A stretch of 64,000 bases of DNA from Nanoarchaeota archaeon SCGC AAA011-D5 (GTDB lineage Archaea; Nanobdellota; Nanobdellia; Pacearchaeales; GW2011-AR1). Location: the NCBI GenBank assembly GCA_000405225.1, contig ASMP01000001.1:892-64891 (forward strand), read 5' to 3'. Below are positions 44,272 through 52,945 of this stretch, piece after piece (position 1 is the stretch's first letter; each line of letters begins with the position of its first letter). The notes beneath the pieces are model-generated. The model had not been told where the DNA came from, ran no database searches, and saw only the letters and a list, made by a program, of their open reading frames with translations. The position numbers and the translations under genes are program-made.

Positions 44272-45978
44272 ATGGCTTTTATTGTCAAAAAAAACATAGG
44301 TGGCAGAGAATATTACTATCTTAATGAAAATAAGAGGATAGGTGGCAAGGTAAAAACAAAAACATTGGCCTATCTAGGAAAAAACAGGAAAGATGCTGAG
44401 AAAAAAGCAGAGGAAATAATAAACAAAATAAAAAATGAAGCCAGCGCTAAGGAAAACAAAAAAATTGAAGATAGAACCGGCAATGAAGACAATATTTCTG
44501 AATATAAGCTTGAACACAAAAAAACTTCAATAGATGAATTGGCAAATTTTTGCAAGGCGAAGGGATTTATTTTCAGGAGTTCTGATATTTATGGCGGTTT
44601 TTCCGGGTTTTGGGATTTTGGACATTTGGGCGTTGAACTTCTTAAGAACATCAAGGATGACTGGTGGAATTATTTTGTTCGGAGAAAAGATAATGTTGCC
44701 GGAATAGAGGCAAGCATTATTTCTCATCCTAAAACTTGGAAAGCTTCAGGACATATAGCTGGTTTTAATGTTAATGATTATCTAGTTGTCTGCAAAAAAT
44801 GTAAGAGATCTAGCAAGGTTGATAAGCCAGATTTAGGAAAAGTGAAATGTGATAATTGCGGAGGGGAATATGACTGGGACAGTGCAAAAGTCGTCGAACA
44901 GATGTTTAAGACGAGTGTTGGTCCAGACAAACAAGAGGTCTATCTCCGCGGAGAAACAGCTCAAGCAATGTTCATGAATTTCAAATTAATAACCCAAACT
45001 TCAAGAATGCAGCTGCCTTTTGGAATTGCACAGATTGGGAGATGTTTCAGAAACGAAATTGCTCCAAGAGACTTCCTTTTCAGAAGCAGAGAATTTCATA
45101 TAGCAGAGATAGAATTTTTTATTAATCCAGAAGAAACTAGGTGCAGTCTTCTTACAAAAAAACATCTGGACTTAAAGATAAAGTTTCTTGATTCTGAGTC
45201 GCAAAGAGCTGAAAAAAAGGAGCTAAAAGAAACAACTATTGGCAAAATCATCAAAGAAAAGAGACTTGTAGAATGGCATGCGTATTGGCTAGCTGAACAA
45301 ATTCTTTGGCTGGACACCATTGGATTAAAAGACCTTAAAATAAGGGAGCATACAAAAGACGAGCTGTCCCATTACAGCTCTGCGACATTTGATATTGACT
45401 TTGATTACAGTTTTGGCAGCAAGGAAATAGCTGGAAATGCAAATCGCGGAACTTACGATTTGATGCAGCATCAAAAAGAATCTGGAGAAAACATGGAAGT
45501 ATTTGATGATAAAGCAGGAAAAAAGGTTCTTCCAAAAGTCATTGAACCCACTTTTGGCGTTGAAAGGGTTTTTTTGGCTTTACTTTCCGGAAATTATTAT
45601 AAAAACCCAAAGGGTGAAACTGTGCTGACACTTCCTCCGAAACTTGCCCCGATAAAAGCTGCTGTTTTTCCCATTGTCAAAGGGGCAAGGTTTGAGAAAA
45701 CCGCAGGGCAAATTGCCAGGAACCTGAAACAGGAATTTAATGTGCTTTATGACAAATCGGGAAGCATAGGAAGAAGATATGCGAGAAATGACGAGATAGG
45801 AACTCCGTTTTGCATAACTATTGATGGGGATTCTTTGAAAAAAGAAGATGTCACCATAAGGGACAGGGATACAAAGAAACAGATAAGGGTTAAAATCTCA
45901 AACTTAAAGGATACCTTAAAAAAATTAATAGAGGCCGAGATTTCATTCGATGAGGCCGGGAAACCATTTAATTTTTAA
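44272..45978 (+). CDS. glyS: glycine--tRNA ligase (archaeal/eukaryal alpha2 type) with ~85-aa N-terminal extension
   Basis: Class II motif 2 GRCFRNEIAPRDFLFRSREFHIAEIEFF, motif 3 region EPTFGVERVFLALL, anticodon-binding domain (LAPIKAAVFPI...GRRYARNDEIGTPFCITID). Confidence 0.9.
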   Translation: MAFIVKKNIGGREYYYLNENKRIGGKVKTKTLAYLGKNRKDAEKKAEEIINKIKNEASAKENKKIEDRTGNEDNISEYKLEHKKTSIDELANFCKAKGFIFRSSDIYGGFSGFWDFGHLGVELLKNIKDDWWNYFVRRKDNVAGIEASIISHPKTWKASGHIAGFNVNDYLVVCKKCKRSSKVDKPDLGKVKCDNCGGEYDWDSAKVVEQMFKTSVGPDKQEVYLRGETAQAMFMNFKLITQTSRMQLPFGIAQIGRCFRNEIAPRDFLFRSREFHIAEIEFFINPEETRCSLLTKKHLDLKIKFLDSESQRAEKKELKETTIGKIIKEKRLVEWHAYWLAEQILWLDTIGLKDLKIREHTKDELSHYSSATFDIDFDYSFGSKEIAGNANRGTYDLMQHQKESGENMEVFDDKAGKKVLPKVIEPTFGVERVFLALLSGNYYKNPKGETVLTLPPKLAPIKAAVFPIVKGARFEKTAGQIARNLKQEFNVLYDKSGSIGRRYARNDEIGTPFCITIDGDSLKKEDVTIRDRDTKKQIRVKISNLKDTLKKLIEAEISFDEAGKPFNF

Positions 45979-46000
45979 ATAGTGTTTTTTTAATCTTATA

Positions 46001-46354
46001 ATGAAAGATTGTGTGTTTTGCAAAATAGCTGCAGGGCAAATTCCTACACAAAAAGTTTATGAGAATAAGAACTTTATCGCTTTTTTAGACGCTAATCCTA
46101 GAGGAGAAGGGCATACATTAATAGTTCCTAAAAAACACTTTAGCTCATTGATTGATTTGGACAAGGAAACTTCGGAAGACTATATTTCCACAATCAAAGA
46201 AGTCGCAAAAATTTTAATGGATAAACATAAGGCAGATAGTTTTAATCTAGTTATGAATAATGGCAAGGCGGCGGGACAGGTAATGGAACATACCCATTTT
46301 CACCTTCTTCCAAGAAAAGAAGGAGACAACAAAAGAGGAATTGTCCTTGCTTAA
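46001..46354 (+). CDS. HIT-family (histidine triad) hydrolase
   Basis: CVFCKI N-terminal motif and histidine triad HTHFHLLP. Confidence 0.9.
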   Translation: MKDCVFCKIAAGQIPTQKVYENKNFIAFLDANPRGEGHTLIVPKKHFSSLIDLDKETSEDYISTIKEVAKILMDKHKADSFNLVMNNGKAAGQVMEHTHFHLLPRKEGDNKRGIVLA

Positions 46355-46366
46355 TTTATTAAAAAA

Positions 46367-46438
46367 TGGCTACACCAGGAGTTGAACCTGGGACCCCTAG
46401 CTCATGAGACTAGTGTTCTGCCGCTGAACTATGTAGCC
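46367..46438 (-). tRNA. tRNA with CAU anticodon (elongator Met or Ile2)
   Basis: Acceptor GGCTACA/TGTAGCC, D-arm GTTC-AGCGGCA-GAAC, anticodon stem CTAGT/GCTAG with loop CTCATGA, T-arm CCAGG-TTCAACT-CCTGG. G1-C72 and an anticodon stem lacking three G-C pairs argue against an initiator. Confidence 0.85.
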
Positions 46439-46485
46439 AAAACTAAAAAACATAGTTGATTTAAAAGTTTTGAGGTAAGAAAAGA

Positions 46486-46671
46486 TTACTTCTGTTTCCC
46501 TTCTTTGCTTAGCTTGGACAAGTATCCTGCGATTTGGTTCCTTATTTTTTTGCTCGGCATGGTATTTCCAAGAATTTTTTTATTTCTCTCAAAATCCTCG
46601 CTGAATTCTATACCTTTTTTTATGAGCTCTTTAGCAGATCTCTTTATTAGTTTTGATTTTATCTTTCCCAT
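46486..46671 (-). CDS. rps17e: 30S ribosomal protein eS17 (S17e)
   Basis: MGKIKSKLIKRSAKELI...F..DFE.NKK......PSKKIRNQIAGY pattern of archaeal S17e; 61 aa. Confidence 0.85.
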   Translation of the reverse strand: MGKIKSKLIKRSAKELIKKGIEFSEDFERNKKILGNTMPSKKIRNQIAGYLSKLSKEGKQK

Positions 46672-46799
46672 TTGTAAGATACCTACGGTTTCTTAAATTC
46701 GCAACTTCCTTCGTTGTGAATTTCGTAATTTAGTTAGTCTCATGAAATTGCTCACAATCATCTTCCATTTAATACAGAAAAGTTCACTTTTAAAGCTTA

Positions 46800-47669
46800 T
46801 TATTTTAAACCGCGTATAGAAGACAAATTCTTTATGGCCTTGACCAATTCAGAGGTTTTTTTTGCAGGCTCGTTAAGCCCAACGACAATGTATGGAAGTC
46901 CAAGTGCACATACTTTATTGTGCGCCTTTACTATGTCTTTATCGCTTATTTTTTTCTTATTGTATGCAACCAGAATCTTTTCCTCTCCCTTGTCCCTGAC
47001 TTTTAACACTATCTCCTTACTCCCTATATTTTTTGTGTCTAACAACTCTATGGAGTTTGCAGAAAGGAATTCTTTTATGCCCCCGAAGAATTTTTCTTTA
47101 ACATCAGATGCCTTTTTCCTTTTTGTCCTTGCTGTTCTTTTTATCCTTTTTACTGTAACTAATTTTTCTTGTTTTTCAAGTACCAATGGCCTGACTTCTC
47201 CAATTTCTCTTACTTCCTTGGTTTCTATAACCAGGGGTTTTTCCTCTGCAGATTTGAATTTAGATTCAGGAACAAGAAAATATCGCCAGACAATTTCTTC
47301 ACCAGATTTGAAGGGAATTGCAAAATCCCTTATCTCCCGCAAAGCCACCCCGATTGCAGGGCTTTGCTTGGAGTCCATTAGAAACTCTTTTTCCTTCAAA
47401 AGAAGAAAAGCCTCTTTTTCCTTGCTTCTGAGATACTGGGAAAAATTTTCCAAAGAAGATTCCTGTCCTGTCAGAAGATATAACCGTGAGCTGCCGACTT
47501 TCATATAGCTCATTTTGACTTTTTTCTCTGAAACAAGTTCTCCGAGAAAAGCAGAGGCAAAAAGCATGCTGGATTTTATTTCTCCAGCAATATGAACGGG
47601 AAGGCTTGGCCCCTTGGATTCTAAGACAGAAATTATGGTTTTTTTTATTTCTTCAGGATTCTGCATCAT
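46800..47669 (-). CDS. hypothetical protein (winged-helix-like N-terminus, basic linker, small alpha/beta C-terminal domain)
   Basis: 289-aa ORF; the N-terminal IISVLESKGPSLPVHIAGEI...KVGSSRLYLL looks like a winged helix; no family identified. Confidence 0.4.
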   Translation of the reverse strand: MMQNPEEIKKTIISVLESKGPSLPVHIAGEIKSSMLFASAFLGELVSEKKVKMSYMKVGSSRLYLLTGQESSLENFSQYLRSKEKEAFLLLKEKEFLMDSKQSPAIGVALREIRDFAIPFKSGEEIVWRYFLVPESKFKSAEEKPLVIETKEVREIGEVRPLVLEKQEKLVTVKRIKRTARTKRKKASDVKEKFFGGIKEFLSANSIELLDTKNIGSKEIVLKVRDKGEEKILVAYNKKKISDKDIVKAHNKVCALGLPYIVVGLNEPAKKTSELVKAIKNLSSIRGLK

Positions 47670-47720
47670 CTGAGAAAAGATGGAAGGATTATAAATTTTC
47701 TTGTGTTCAGAGAATTATGA

Positions 47721-48278
47721 CTAAGGCTTTTCCCATCTTACCTCATAATAGCTGACATCTCCTTCTTCGTCCACTATTGCCAAAAGGAGGGCTTTCTTTG
47801 TCGAGTGAGCCACCCTGTTTTTCGCAGAAAATTCATGCCATGTGAATCTTCCTGACTCATGATCTACAAAAACAATCCATTTGGCATGTTTTTCTCCCGG
47901 CTGGAAACCACGTTCATAAACCCTAAAATCTGCCCCGAACTTCAGTGCTGTTTTTACCACATATCCCTTTTCCCTGAGATTCTTAAATACAGGATATTTT
48001 ATGTCAATTCTTTTATCATTTGAATAAGCCTTTTTCATCAGCTCTTTGAAAGACAGCCATTCCTTTTTATTTGATACCTCCATCTTCCTTTTTTCTGTTA
48101 AAAACAAAGCTTCTGGCAAAGAATACTGGATTTTTTCCCCAACAGGCTCTCCAAAATGGCTCTTCCTGTAGAGAGAGAAAGCATCCTGGGAATTGCTAGC
48201 TATTGATGTGCCAATGAAATGAGCCTGAATCTTTTCCATGCTTTTATAAAAGGGAAATTGATATTTAAAATCTTCCAA
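47721..48278 (-). CDS. endA: tRNA-splicing endonuclease (EndA)
   Basis: C-terminal catalytic domain GYVVKTALKFGADFRVYERG...HAKWIVFV...VAHSTKK...LLAIVD. The ORF-track start is TTG; ATG at 48239 (MEKIQAHF) is a plausible true start. Confidence 0.8.
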   Translation of the reverse strand: MEDFKYQFPFYKSMEKIQAHFIGTSIASNSQDAFSLYRKSHFGEPVGEKIQYSLPEALFLTEKRKMEVSNKKEWLSFKELMKKAYSNDKRIDIKYPVFKNLREKGYVVKTALKFGADFRVYERGFQPGEKHAKWIVFVDHESGRFTWHEFSAKNRVAHSTKKALLLAIVDEEGDVSYYEVRWEKP

Positions 48279-48336
48279 AAACCATAAAAACAGCGCCAGT
48301 AAACAATATAAACTTAATTTTTATCTTACTAACATT

Positions 48337-50820
48337 ATGGCTGAACATGGGCACAATTTTAAGAGTATAGAGCAAAAATGGCAGAAAAAATGGGAAAACT
48401 CAAAGATTTTCCAGACTAAGGAAAAAAAAGGCGTGAGAAAATTTTATTCCCTTGAGATGTATCCTTATCCTTCTGGGACAGGATTGCACATGGGTCACGC
48501 CTTCAATTACACTGTGGGGGATATTTTCGCGAGAATGAAGAGGATGCAAGGATTCAATGTCCTTTATCCAATGGGCTATGACAGTTTTGGACTTCCTGCA
48601 GAAAATGCCGCAATAAAGAATGGAGTCCATCCAAAAAAATATACCGAAAAAGCGATTGCAAATTTCATAAAACAGCAGAAAAACCTTGGATTGAGCTATG
48701 ACTGGTCACGAGTGATTTTTACCCACAAGCCAGAGTATTACAAATGGAATCAGTACTTTTTCTTAAAATTCCTAGAAAAAGGCCTAGCATACAGAAAAAA
48801 AGCCCCTGTCAACTGGTGTCCGAAATGCCAGACAGTTCTCGCCAACGAGCAGGTTCACCAAGGAAAATGTTGGAGACATCAGGACACAGAAGTTGAAACA
48901 AAAAATCTGGAGCAGTGGTTCATCAGAACGACAAAGTACTCAGACGAACTCCTTGATAAAATTCATAGCCTGCAATGGCCATCCAGGATTAAGATAATGC
49001 AGGAAAATTGGATAGGTCGCAGCGAGGGCACAGAAATTTTTTTTGAAATAAAAGGAGAAAAGTGGCCCATCTTCACGACAAGGCCGGACACTATTTTTGG
49101 AGTCACGTTCATGGTTGTTTCTTCTCAGCATCTTCGTCTGATGGAACTTGTAAAACCAGATCAAAAAGATAAAGTTGAGTCTTTCCTGAAAAAAATCAGA
49201 GCCACAAAACAGGAAGATCTGGAAAATCTTGAAAAGGAAGGAGTCTTCACAGGATCATACGCTGTTAATCCTGCAAACAACGAAAAAATCCCTGTTTATG
49301 TTGGCAATTTTGTCCTTGCTGACTATGGCTCTGGAATGGTGATGTGTGTTCCTGCGCATGACCAAAGGGATTTTGAGTTTGCAAAGAAGTACAACATTTC
49401 GATAAAATTAGTGATAAAACCGAAAGACAAGGTTTTAAATGAAAAAAATCTGGACGAGGCTTATACCGGCCCAGGAATTTTAATTAATTCAGGATCTTTC
49501 AATGGCCTTTTTTCCGAGCAGGCAAAGGAAAAAATCACAAAGGCACTTGAATCAAAAAAACAGGGTCGCAGAAGAACGCAGTACAAATTTAGAGACTGGC
49601 TTGTTTCAAGGCAGAGATACTGGGGAACTCCCATTCCCGTGATTTACTGTAGCTCTTGCGGAATTGTCCCTGTTCCAGAGAAAGAACTGCCTGTAAAGCT
49701 GCCTGAAAAAGTGAAATTCGGAAAAGGAAATCCTTTGGAGACAGAGGAAAAATTCGTCAATGTGAAATGCCCGAAATGCGGAAACAGGGCCAGAAGAGAA
49801 ACAGACACTATGGACACCTTCTTTGATTCCAGCTGGTATTATTTAAGATACTGCGACAGCAAAAATTCAAAAAAACCCTTTGACATAAAGAAGGTAAGTT
49901 ACTGGATGCCTGTTGACCAGTATATAGGAGGCGCAGAACATGCAACGATGCACCTTATTTATGCCAGGTTTTTCACCAAGGCATTAAGAGACCTTGGTTT
50001 TTTCGGAAATTTAAAGATCGATGAGCCTTTTTTAAGATTGTTCAACCAAGGGATGTTACATGGTTCTGATGGCTTCGTGATGTCGAAATCTAGAGGAAAC
50101 GATGTTCTGCCTGAAGAAGTCTCTGAAAAATACGGCATAGACACTGCAAGGCTCTTCCTTGTTTCCATGGCTTCAACAGACAAGGACATACGGTGGAGCG
50201 ATGAAGGCGTTGAGGGGAGCATGCGATTCATCAGCAAGGTAATGGATTTTTTCTCGAGGAAAAAGTTCGGAAAAACAGATGCAAGAACAGAAAACAAACT
50301 GAACAAGACAATAAAAGAAGTTACATCATACATAGAAAATTTTCAGTACAACCTAGCTGTGATTGCAATAAGGGAGCTTTTTAACTACCTGGAAAACGGA
50401 ACTGATAGGAAAACAACAGAGACTTTTCTGAAACTGCTTTCGCCGTTCTGCCCCCATATATCTGAAGAGCTTTGGCACAGGCTTGGAAATAAAACATTCC
50501 TTTCATTACAAAAATGGCCTGTGGTAGATGAGAGAAAGATAAATCCTGAATTTGAGAAAGAGGAAAAAACAGTTGATGGGCTGATTAACGACGTGAACAA
50601 TGTTTTTAATATCGTAAGAAGCAAGGGAAAAGATGTTAGCAAATTATACATTTACACTCTTCCTAATGAGAAAAATACATATACTAATAATTTAAATGAA
50701 ATCAAGAAAAGGACAGGGCTTGGTGTTTTTGTTTATTCTGTTTCGGACAAGGGAAAACATGATCCTGAAAACAAATCCAAAAAGGTAAAACCAGGAAAGC
50801 CCGGCATTTATCTTGAGTAA
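48337..50820 (+). CDS. leuS: leucine--tRNA ligase, bacterial type
   Basis: YPYPSGTGLHMGH (HIGH), MGYDSFGLPAENAAI, zinc motif CPKCQT...C, CP1 editing motif TTRPDTIFGVTFMVVS, VMSKSRGN (KMSKS); 827 aa. Confidence 0.95.
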   Translation: MAEHGHNFKSIEQKWQKKWENSKIFQTKEKKGVRKFYSLEMYPYPSGTGLHMGHAFNYTVGDIFARMKRMQGFNVLYPMGYDSFGLPAENAAIKNGVHPKKYTEKAIANFIKQQKNLGLSYDWSRVIFTHKPEYYKWNQYFFLKFLEKGLAYRKKAPVNWCPKCQTVLANEQVHQGKCWRHQDTEVETKNLEQWFIRTTKYSDELLDKIHSLQWPSRIKIMQENWIGRSEGTEIFFEIKGEKWPIFTTRPDTIFGVTFMVVSSQHLRLMELVKPDQKDKVESFLKKIRATKQEDLENLEKEGVFTGSYAVNPANNEKIPVYVGNFVLADYGSGMVMCVPAHDQRDFEFAKKYNISIKLVIKPKDKVLNEKNLDEAYTGPGILINSGSFNGLFSEQAKEKITKALESKKQGRRRTQYKFRDWLVSRQRYWGTPIPVIYCSSCGIVPVPEKELPVKLPEKVKFGKGNPLETEEKFVNVKCPKCGNRARRETDTMDTFFDSSWYYLRYCDSKNSKKPFDIKKVSYWMPVDQYIGGAEHATMHLIYARFFTKALRDLGFFGNLKIDEPFLRLFNQGMLHGSDGFVMSKSRGNDVLPEEVSEKYGIDTARLFLVSMASTDKDIRWSDEGVEGSMRFISKVMDFFSRKKFGKTDARTENKLNKTIKEVTSYIENFQYNLAVIAIRELFNYLENGTDRKTTETFLKLLSPFCPHISEELWHRLGNKTFLSLQKWPVVDERKINPEFEKEEKTVDGLINDVNNVFNIVRSKGKDVSKLYIYTLPNEKNTYTNNLNEIKKRTGLGVFVYSVSDKGKHDPENKSKKVKPGKPGIYLE

Positions 50821-50860
50821 TAGCCGTTCATTAGATACTTTTTTATAATTATTCGGCCTT

Positions 50861-51931
50861 TTGAATTATATGCGGTATAAATTGGTAAAAAAGAGGTCTT
50901 TTTTCCGATATGATGAAAAACAAGAATTTTTCCTTTCCTTGGCTTTATTTCTTGTTTTCTTGGCTTTAATTATGCTGATTTTTAAAAGCCCTATTGATTT
51001 AACAAAAACTAAGACATGCGGGGATTCCAGTCTTTATGGAACTTGTTCTGTTGTAAAGCCGTATTATTGTGATGATGGTTCTCTTGTTGAAAAAGCCTCT
51101 GTATGCGGCTGCTCTGAATCTTCTGAAAGATTAGGCGATTCCTGTATAACTAATCTACAAACAGAATCTAAAAATCTGGCTCTAAAATATATCCTCGATG
51201 GAGAAGAAAAAACCCTTAATTTCCGGGTTTACAAGGGTTTGGCAGACCATCTTTCGGTTTTACCTCCAGGAATATCTTATGTAAGTGGGGAGAAACCCGT
51301 GAGAGCTGACTTCATATTCAAGAAAATAAATGAAGATGAGCAGAGAAAACTTCTCTTGCCTTTAGTTATAAAAATAAAGAATTTGACAGACGATAAAGAG
51401 GAGCAGGCAAGGATAGCGATAAGCCTTGTTCAGAATATGCAATATGGATTTTCAAACAAGACAGAAGGCTTTTTCGGAAACAAGGTGAATTATTCAAGGT
51501 ATCCTTATGAAGTCTTATACGAAAGCAAGGGAATATGTGGGGAAAAATCAGAGCTTCTCGCATTTTTGCTTCGTGAGATAGGGTATGGCGTTGTATTGTT
51601 TTATAATCAGGAAGAAAACCATGAATCGTTGGGAATCAAGTGCCCACAGGAAGAAAGCTATAAAGGAACAGGATACTGTTTTGTGGAAACAACAGGGCCA
51701 TCAATAATAACAGATAACTCCATAGAATATGTCGGAGGCATAACGCTGGATTCCCAGCCAGAAGTTATTTTCATTTCTGACGGAGAGAGCCTGCCTGAAG
51801 GTCTTCAAGAATATAAGGATGCGGAAACAATGAAGAGAATAAGACAAGGAAAATTCGTTCTATTCAGGGATTTGAAGCTTGAATATCTTAAAGAAAAATA
51901 TGGTTTAGTTGAAGAATATAATTTGGAGTGA
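50861..51931 (+). CDS. membrane-anchored protein with transglutaminase-like cysteine-protease core, tentative
   Basis: N-terminal TM FFLSLALFLVFLALIMLIF, Cys-rich stalk, then YESKGICGEKSELLAFLLREIGYGVVLF...ENHESLG resembling the Cys-His core of transglutaminase-like enzymes; ATG at 50870 is likely. Confidence 0.5.
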   Translation: MNYMRYKLVKKRSFFRYDEKQEFFLSLALFLVFLALIMLIFKSPIDLTKTKTCGDSSLYGTCSVVKPYYCDDGSLVEKASVCGCSESSERLGDSCITNLQTESKNLALKYILDGEEKTLNFRVYKGLADHLSVLPPGISYVSGEKPVRADFIFKKINEDEQRKLLLPLVIKIKNLTDDKEEQARIAISLVQNMQYGFSNKTEGFFGNKVNYSRYPYEVLYESKGICGEKSELLAFLLREIGYGVVLFYNQEENHESLGIKCPQEESYKGTGYCFVETTGPSIITDNSIEYVGGITLDSQPEVIFISDGESLPEGLQEYKDAETMKRIRQGKFVLFRDLKLEYLKEKYGLVEEYNLE

Positions 51932-51967
51932 TTGTTACTTCTTTAAAAGAACAACGAAATAGAAATA

Positions 51968-51975
51968 TTTATAAA
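51968..51975 (+). promoter_or_regulatory. TATA-box-like TTTATAAA upstream of ORF 51997 (possible leaderless transcript)
   Basis: TTTATAAA ends 22 nt before ATG 51997, the spacing expected if transcription starts at or next to the start codon. Confidence 0.35.
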
Positions 51976-51996
51976 CATTATATTCTGATAAAAATC

Positions 51997-52878
51997 ATGG
52001 TTACAGAAACAAAACCAGCATTCAAAGGAAGGCCATTAGTGGAAATATCATCAGTAGTTCCTCAAATAGGACTTTTGGAAGGAGATTTTGGTAAAGCATT
52101 CCTTGAAGAATATCAAGGAAGAATGAATTCTGATTATAATGGAAACTCTACATTGAATGTTCTTAGATATAATGGAAATGTAGTTACTGGATCAAATCCA
52201 TTTTCTGTAGTTCTTGCAAATCAAATTCTTAGACAAGAAGGCTTGAGAACAGCTTCCCAAGCAGACTTAGAAACAGCTATGAGGATTGGAGCTATGAATT
52301 TCAGAGGAACATATGAAGACACAGCTTTAGTTTTGAGAACAGAAGATGATAAAGACTATTCAAGAAATACCCATTTAGCTAAAGACTTAGGAAGACAACT
52401 TAAAGAAAGGGGATTAAAATTCGGAGCTAAAAGCCCTGTAGTTATTCCTTTGACTGGTCTGGATCTTCAAAGAGCAGAAAATGAATATGGTTTGACATTC
52501 AAATTAAGAGAAGACGCAGAATTTTACGAAGCACCTATTTTGACAAAAGAAGGAAACTTCAATTCAGAAGATATTGATGAAAGAACAGGATTGCCAAAAC
52601 AAGTTAAAGGTGGAAATAGAACTCTTTACTCTAGAAATTCTGGGCTTTCCGGGTTGTTCTTGTACGGCGGCCTGGACCTGTACTCGTACTACGGGTACTT
52701 GGACTTCTCCTTTGAGTATGGCAGGGTGGTTCTTGTTAGCGCCGCAGGCGCGCGCGCCGATTTTGACCAAAGGCTGACAGGACTTGAAACTCAAAGACAA
52801 GAAGCACATCAGGCATATCTTGCTAAATTATCCCAATTAAGAGATAACATAGACAGTGAACTTAAGAGATCACAGTAA
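51997..52878 (+). CDS. hypothetical protein containing a local high-GC3 patch
   Basis: ORF-track start 51928 overlaps the upstream gene; ATG 51997 (MVTETKPAFKG) sits behind a TATA-like box; no motif recognised; coiled-coil-like C-terminus. Confidence 0.5.
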   Translation: MVTETKPAFKGRPLVEISSVVPQIGLLEGDFGKAFLEEYQGRMNSDYNGNSTLNVLRYNGNVVTGSNPFSVVLANQILRQEGLRTASQADLETAMRIGAMNFRGTYEDTALVLRTEDDKDYSRNTHLAKDLGRQLKERGLKFGAKSPVVIPLTGLDLQRAENEYGLTFKLREDAEFYEAPILTKEGNFNSEDIDERTGLPKQVKGGNRTLYSRNSGLSGLFLYGGLDLYSYYGYLDFSFEYGRVVLVSAAGARADFDQRLTGLETQRQEAHQAYLAKLSQLRDNIDSELKRSQ

Positions 52879-52945
52879 TCTGTTAAATTTATAAAATATT
52901 TTTTCTTTATATTATTCCTAGCCAATGCTTATTTAATCTACAACC

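Noticed and set aside
46834-47508. 224-aa plus-strand ORF overlapping ORF 46800..47669
   Set aside because: Its composition is low-complexity (S/F/L-rich). The minus-strand frame gives a balanced, domain-like protein with a sensible start and stop context.
52564-52809. 81-aa minus-strand and 67-aa alternate-frame ORFs within the high-GC patch
   Set aside because: They are by-products of local GC richness (few stop codons). The main frame is continuous with the flanking AT-rich coding sequence.
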